64,000 bases of DNA from Rhodothermales bacterium (GTDB lineage: Bacteria > Bacteroidota > Rhodothermia > Rhodothermales > Bin80). Shown in pieces: positions 59,158 through 64,000 of the stretch. The stretch lies in assembly GCA_965218495.1 (NCBI GenBank), contig OZ244626.1:2352196-2416195 (forward strand), in the 5' to 3' direction. Numbering within the stretch: position 1 is the first letter of the stretch; every line of letters starts with the position of its first letter. The notes under the pieces were generated by a model. It searched no databases, was not told the origin of the DNA, and was given only the letters and a program-made list of their open reading frames with translations. The translations under genes and the position numbers were made by a program.

Positions 59158-61671
59158 TCAAACTTCGGCGCGTAATACCTCCAGCGGCGGCCGCGCGTAG
59201 ATGCCGCGGCTGTTGAGCAACCCAACGGTCAGAGTAAGAACCATGAGTACTACCGCCGCCACCGCGAGGGGGACCTTTGGTATGATCAATACTACGTTGA
59301 GCTGGAAACCAGTGAGTGCCCAGGCTGCCGCCATTGCCAGCCCCAAGCCCGTAGCTGTTGCCAAGAAACCCAAGCACAAGTACTCTGCGCACATTATCGT
59401 GTAGACCTGCTTCTTAGAGGCCCCCAGCGTCTTTAGCAACACTGTCTGTTCCACACGCGCCTGACGGCTTACCATGACCGCACCGGCAAGTACCATGATG
59501 CCGGCAATGATGCTGAATAGGGACATGAAGCGAATCATGTAGGTGACCCGGCTAAACACTTCTTGCACGACGCCAAGAATCAAGGGTACGTTGATCACGA
59601 ACAGGTCGGGATACCGATCTGTCACTGAACCATAAAACGCCGACAGCGACTGCGAGTCGTCGGCCTTCACTAATATCGAGCGGGAATGTGGCAGCGACTC
59701 AAGAACGCCTCTTGGCAGAATTATTCCACTTGGAGGCATTGGGACAAAGCTGCTTTGCAAGGCGGCACCTGTATAGATGCTTCCGATCCGCGCAAGAATG
59801 GTTTCGTCAAGCACCCTAAATACGACGGTATCTCCTACGGCCACGTGCAATTCCTCCTGAGCCAACAAGGAGCTCACCGCCACGGGCGCAGCCCCTACAG
59901 CATCGTGCCATTCCGGTACGAAGGCGCCCTCCAAAACCGTGAGGGAGTCCAGGCGTGCATCTGCAAATGTTGCCATATGGCTCGGCCTGTATGCGGTGTC
60001 CGCCTTTACTGAGTCGGCGATAGTACGTCCATAGATAGAGTCGACAGCCATCGGAAGCATGACCACCTCACTCACGATGTCCAAGCTGTGCTCCCTGACC
60101 AGGCTTCGGACGTCCTCTAGTTCCTCGGAGGAAACCGCCGGCAGGACCAGATCAGGCACCTCCACGGCTTTGAAGTTCATGGCTTCAAATGCTCCGACGA
60201 CAGTGCCCTGAATCAACACCTGCGTCATAATCATCACGGTGCCCAAGCCCAGCGCCAGTACCATTAGCAGCGTCTGGTTGTTGGGACGGTACAAGTTTGC
60301 CATACCCTGACGAATGGCGTAGTTGCGAATTCGTGGTGTAATGGCACGCGCCAGCTTGATGAACCCCAAGGCGGCCAGCGCCAGCAGGCCAAAGCAGATA
60401 CCAATGGCGACGGTATAGATGATGGCGATCACAATGCCACCGCTTTGTGCCCAGGCACAAAGGCCGATACCAAGTGCTATGAGTGCATAGATCCCAAGGC
60501 GAGACTTGCGAATGCGCCGACGCCCATACGCTGTTCTCAGCGCTTCCAGCGCCGAGACCTGCCTCAGCCCGGACAGTGGCAAGAGCGCAAACAAAAGGGT
60601 GGCACCAATGCCTAGGCCCAGGCCGGAGAGCAGTCCCTTAGGGGAAACGCGGTAGCTGATGTCTACCGGGAGCAGGTCGGCAATTCCCAGCGGCAGCAGT
60701 ACTTGCCCCAGCGTCCCCACCGCGCCTGCAGCCACACCGACGATCACACCCATCGCTATCGCCTGCGCAACGTAGACGCTAGTTGCGCGGCCTGATGACG
60801 CTCCCAAGCAGCGCATCACGGCGACGGTATCATGTCGCTCCTTACAATGTACCTGGAGCACACTCCCAACGCCGAGGCCGCCAAGGATCAGCGCAAAGAA
60901 CCCCACAATTCCCAAGAAGCCCTCCAATAGAGCCAGAAATTGCTGCCAATCCTCTTTTTCGTCTTCAACGATTCTAGTGCGCACCGCATGACTTTCCTGG
61001 ATATCGGACTCCAGCGCCGCAAGGTCCACGTCACGGTCGAACCTGAAGAACACATCATATGTAGCTGAGCTGCCTTGCAGTGAATCCAGGTCTGCCAGCG
61101 ACATGTACACCGGCGGTTGGAACAGCATCTGAAGAGCATTTTCTACCCGTGCCCCCAGTAGGATACCGGCAATCAGAAAACGGCGGCCCCGAATCGTCAC
61201 GGAATCTCCTGGCTCCACGCGGGTGGCAGACAAAGTTCGTCGCGGCACAAGCACGCCGCCCCCGCTGTGCATCTCCGCTTCCGCCCCTGGAGGACTGACG
61301 GCTATTTCCCCGTAAAGCGGAAATTGCTGCTCCATCGCCCGCACTTGCACGGTCTGCGTCGCGCCCTGCCCGGAAAATTGCGCAGAAGCCACAAACGACA
61401 CGCGACGCGCCTGCATGCCGCCCAAAGAGTCGAAGAGCGATTCCACCGCCGGCGTGAAGGGGCTACCGCTCGAAATTCGCAGATCTCCGCCCAGCAACGA
61501 ACCGGCGTCCCTGTCTATGGTGCGTTCCAGGCTGTGGCCAAAGGAAAGAATTGCAACCAGGGCAGCGACCCCGACGACCATCGCCGACAAGAAAAGCAGC
61601 AGTCGCCGTCGGCTGCCCTTGCTGTCTCGCTTGGCCATCTGCCATGTCCACTTGTCCAGCATAGCAAACAC
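59158..61671 (-). CDS. ABC transporter permease with duplicated FtsX domains (YbbP-like)
   Basis: 837-aa polytopic ORF. Its start abuts the stop of the ATPase gene. Confidence 0.85.
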   Translation of the reverse strand: MFAMLDKWTWQMAKRDSKGSRRRLLLFLSAMVVGVAALVAILSFGHSLERTIDRDAGSLLGGDLRISSGSPFTPAVESLFDSLGGMQARRVSFVASAQFSGQGATQTVQVRAMEQQFPLYGEIAVSPPGAEAEMHSGGGVLVPRRTLSATRVEPGDSVTIRGRRFLIAGILLGARVENALQMLFQPPVYMSLADLDSLQGSSATYDVFFRFDRDVDLAALESDIQESHAVRTRIVEDEKEDWQQFLALLEGFLGIVGFFALILGGLGVGSVLQVHCKERHDTVAVMRCLGASSGRATSVYVAQAIAMGVIVGVAAGAVGTLGQVLLPLGIADLLPVDISYRVSPKGLLSGLGLGIGATLLFALLPLSGLRQVSALEALRTAYGRRRIRKSRLGIYALIALGIGLCAWAQSGGIVIAIIYTVAIGICFGLLALAALGFIKLARAITPRIRNYAIRQGMANLYRPNNQTLLMVLALGLGTVMIMTQVLIQGTVVGAFEAMNFKAVEVPDLVLPAVSSEELEDVRSLVREHSLDIVSEVVMLPMAVDSIYGRTIADSVKADTAYRPSHMATFADARLDSLTVLEGAFVPEWHDAVGAAPVAVSSLLAQEELHVAVGDTVVFRVLDETILARIGSIYTGAALQSSFVPMPPSGIILPRGVLESLPHSRSILVKADDSQSLSAFYGSVTDRYPDLFVINVPLILGVVQEVFSRVTYMIRFMSLFSIIAGIMVLAGAVMVSRQARVEQTVLLKTLGASKKQVYTIMCAEYLCLGFLATATGLGLAMAAAWALTGFQLNVVLIIPKVPLAVAAVVLMVLTLTVGLLNSRGIYARPPLEVLRAEV

Positions 61672-62385
61672 CTACTCGGCAAGAGCGTCCGCAACCGCAG
61701 CCGCTTTGTATTCGGACACGATTTCTCCACCCTTTAACGCAAGGATCCTGTCCGCACGGGCTGCTAAGTGCATGTCATGTGTCACAATGACGAGCGTAGT
61801 GCCTGCACTGCGGTTAAGCTCAAGCAGCAAATGCTCAATGGTCTCGCTGGTATCCGCATCCAGGTTACCCGTAGGCTCGTCAGCAAAGAGTATCCCCGGG
61901 CGATTAATGAATGCGCGAGCCAGACCTACGCGCTGCTGTTCACCCCCGCTAAGCTGCGCAGGATAGTGATGGCCGCGGTCGCCCAGGCCTACATCCTCCA
62001 AGAGTGCCAATGCCCGTGAACGTGCCTTTCGATTTCGGCGCAACTCAGCGGGCACCATCACGTTTTCCAGAGCCGTGAGCGTAGGAATCAGCTTGAAGGT
62101 CTGGAAGACGAAGCCCACCATTTCATTGCGCAGGGCTGCTCGGGCGTTTTCGGTAAGGCGCGCCAAGTTGGTATCCCCGAGCTCAACAGTACCGCTCGTC
62201 GGCGTATCAAGCCCGGCACAGAGACCCAAAAGAGTAGTCTTGCCGCTTCCGGAGGGTCCGACGATGGCGATTGTTTCCCCCTCCCTAGCCTCGAACGATA
62301 CCTCACTGAGGACCGTCAGGCGCCTAGATCCGCTTTTGTACGTCTTTGTAAGCCGATCTACGCGCAGGATGACTGTATCTGGCAT
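61672..62385 (-). CDS. ABC transporter ATP-binding protein (LolD/YbbA-like)
   Basis: Walker [10 protein letters not shown], signature LSGGEQQR and Walker [14 protein letters not shown] chose the ATG at 62385 ([12 protein letters not shown]). The track extends to 62427. Confidence 0.9.
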   Translation of the reverse strand: MPDTVILRVDRLTKTYKSGSRRLTVLSEVSFEAREGETIAIVGPSGSGKTTLLGLCAGLDTPTSGTVELGDTNLARLTENARAALRNEMVGFVFQTFKLIPTLTALENVMVPAELRRNRKARSRALALLEDVGLGDRGHHYPAQLSGGEQQRVGLARAFINRPGILFADEPTGNLDADTSETIEHLLLELNRSAGTTLVIVTHDMHLAARADRILALKGGEIVSEYKAAAVADALAE

Positions 62386-62769
62386 GGTACTTAGATGCGC
62401 TGTTCTCTCTTGTGTTGCTCTCCTCACGCGGGCGGGTTAACCTATTGTTCCTTGGTCTTGTTCTAGAGACCAACGGCCGCTAGCTCTTCTCTGGCTAACC
62501 TAAGGTCCTCCCTGTCGAAGTGGAACGCTAGTGACGGCGGACCCACGCACCTGCCCGGCGCCATCGCGGCAGCTTAGGGAAGACGGGTCTCACCAATGGC
62601 GGTCAATCCAGCACCATTGTCCTAAGCTGCGATGGCCTTTGTTGGCGGAGCGCTGCTGACCGCACCAATGTCTATAGGTGCTCGCTGCAACCAGGCTGCC
62701 GTTGTGACGTTGCCGTGCGCTGGGGTACCCAGTGTACCTGTCGTAGCAGTCGACATTGTCGCAAAACAG

Positions 62770-62798
62770 AAAAGGCCGCAGCAGAGCCACGGCCTTTT
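62770..62798 (-). terminator. Rho-independent terminator-like hairpin downstream of the tRNA gene
   Basis: The minus strand reads AAAAGGCCG-tggctctgctg-CGGCCTTTT followed by CTGTTTTGC. Confidence 0.55.
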
Positions 62799-62804
62799 CC
62801 CGGG

Positions 62805-63188
62805 TAGCGGGGGCAGGATTCGAACCTGCGACCTTCGGGTTATGCGTACCACTACAGCTTTCGCTGCCGGCCTACGACCGTTTGTGGTCTGGACTTTCTC
62901 TTCACCCTCGGCCAAGCCGTTAGGGTGCCTGCCATCAAGTCTCTACACCTTCCCTGGCGTATCGCCAAGGCTTGGCTCGGGATCACCCCGCCAAAGGCTT
63001 CCCCGAATTTGACAGGAGTTCACGCGAGAGTTTCCCCATCGCGCAGCCCATTGCAGACCTCAGGGCCAAAACACGAGAGCCGCGGCGGACCTGCTCCCAC
63101 ATTTGCGACCAGCCGCCATCCTGGCAGATGAGCGCGAACCCTGACCTGCAGCTTGAGCCCGATGAGCTACCTGCTGCTCCACCCCGCG
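62805..63188 (-). tRNA. Initiator tRNA-Met (anticodon CAU) interrupted by a group I intron
   Basis: Exon 1 is 63188-63156, CGCGGGGTGGAGCAGCAGGTAGCTCATCGGGCT. Exon 2 is 62844-62805, CATAACCCGAAGGTCGCAGGTTCGAATCCTGCCCCCGCTA. Joined, they give a full cloverleaf with a C1xU72 mismatch, A11:U24 and three G-C pairs at the anticodon stem end. Confidence 0.85.
62845..63155 (-). ncRNA. Group I intron (IC3-like, 311 nt, no ORF) between U33 and C34 of tRNA-fMet
   Basis: U precedes the 5' splice site and the intron ends in G. The intron contains GUCAAAUUCGG, CCGAGCCAAGC, GAAGGUGUAGAGACU, CCCUAACG, AGAAAGUCC and GCAGCGAAAGCUG. I recognise these from the Azoarcus tRNA-Ile and cyanobacterial tRNA-Leu/fMet introns. 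Confidence 0.8.
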
Positions 63189-63383
63189 AAGTCTGGTCCT
63201 AATCTACGGGAAACGAGGGATAAGTTGCAAACCCTGTTTCCGCATTTGTTGAACCTTTCGCGAAGTCTCTCCCGTTGGCACACAGTCCACCACAATTAGT
63301 TCAACGCTTGCGATTGCCTGCATGCGACTCAGGCGGGCTACTGCGTCCTTCTAAATTCCACTAACAATTATCGTCCAAGACCA

Positions 63384-64000
63384 ATGGCGACCCTTCGTCC
63401 CTTCCGTGCACTGCGACCCGTGCCAGCGGTATGCAGTGCCGTAGCCTCAGTGCCGTACGATGTCGTGAGTATACCTGAGGCACGAGCCTTGGCTGCCGGT
63501 AATCCGCTCAGCTTTCTGCACGTGGTGCGCCCGGAAATTGACCTCCCCGCTGGCACCGACGAGCACGCGTACGCAGTCTACCAAACTGGCGCGGCCAATC
63601 TGCAGCGCTATATCGGCAGCGTCCACAGCATCCGAGACGAAGCACCCACCCTGTACGTGAATCGGCTGGAAGCAGCGGCACATGTGCAAACGGGAATCTT
63701 CGGCTGCGTCAGCGTTACAGAATACCTGGATGGCACCATCAAAAAGCACGAAAACACGCGCCCACCCAAGGTCGCTGACCGCACACGCCACTTCGTCACA
63801 CAACGTGCACATGCCGAGCCCGTGATACTCGCGTATCGCGACAGCGCGGCGGTGGAATCGCAGGTCGAAGCAATTCAGCAGGATTACCCGCTCTACGACT
63901 TTGTTGCCAGCGACGGCGTGCGCCATACTGTCTGGCAGGTATCCGGGTACGAGCCCCTGGTGAATGCTCTTGCTGACGTTCCGTACCTGTACATCGCGGA
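63384..64000 (+). CDS. DUF1015 family protein. The 3' end runs off the window.
   Basis: Absent from the ORF track because it is open at the window edge. Manual translation from the ATG at 63384 gives MATLRPFRALRPVPAVCSAVASVPYDVVSIPEARALAAGNPLSFLHVVRPEIDLP...KKHENTRPPKVADR..., typical of DUF1015. Confidence 0.75.
   Translation, partial: MATLRPFRALRPVPAVCSAVASVPYDVVSIPEARALAAGNPLSFLHVVRPEIDLPAGTDEHAYAVYQTGAANLQRYIGSVHSIRDEAPTLYVNRLEAAAHVQTGIFGCVSVTEYLDGTIKKHENTRPPKVADRTRHFVTQRAHAEPVILAYRDSAAVESQVEAIQQDYPLYDFVASDGVRHTVWQVSGYEPLVNALADVPYLYIA

Overview
This is a high-GC bacterial chromosomal segment. Its gene content looks Bacteroidota/Rhodothermota-like (an inference): a DUF58 + batA-E aerotolerance operon, parA-parB-DUF5683, ileS-dksA-lspA with a single-Cys DksA, and many permease-only MacB/FtsX genes. 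Housekeeping genes include hisI, yidD, moaB, nnr, rpiA, purQ, ileS, lspA, punA and yggS. They are interleaved with accessory and decaying DNA.

Four regions stand out:
1. An initiator tRNA-Met gene (62805-63188, minus) is split in its anticodon loop by a 311-nt ORF-less group I (IC3-like) intron.
2. An array at about 10.5-22.2 kb holds TonB-derived genes. The TonB membrane anchor has been replaced by a lipoprotein signal peptide, and the intact copies carry two tandem TonB_C domains. Copies range from intact to nonsense-disrupted to barely recognisable remnants, and the array ends in a canonical tonB.
3. A nested mobile-element stack sits inside that array. An IS with 27-bp inverted repeats and a 7-bp target duplication has its transposase gene split by a group II intron, and the intron's maturase carries a premature TGA.
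4. An IS256-like element carries two overlapping transposase-family genes. The upstream one has lost all DDE catalytic positions.

Other points: a duplicated pair of MacB-like permease genes has no ATPase nearby. A glycosyltransferase / alpha-oxoamine synthase / GNAT cluster is a candidate amino-lipid or sulfonolipid pathway. There is an IS21/IS66 wreck and several pseudogenes (MATE, DUF1697). Two genes open at the window edges are missing from the ORF track: a Spondin_N-GH5 fusion at 1-1672 (minus) and a DUF1015 gene at 63384-64000 (plus). No CRISPR array or rRNA was seen. Many long ORFs in the track are antisense shadows of real genes in this GC-rich DNA.
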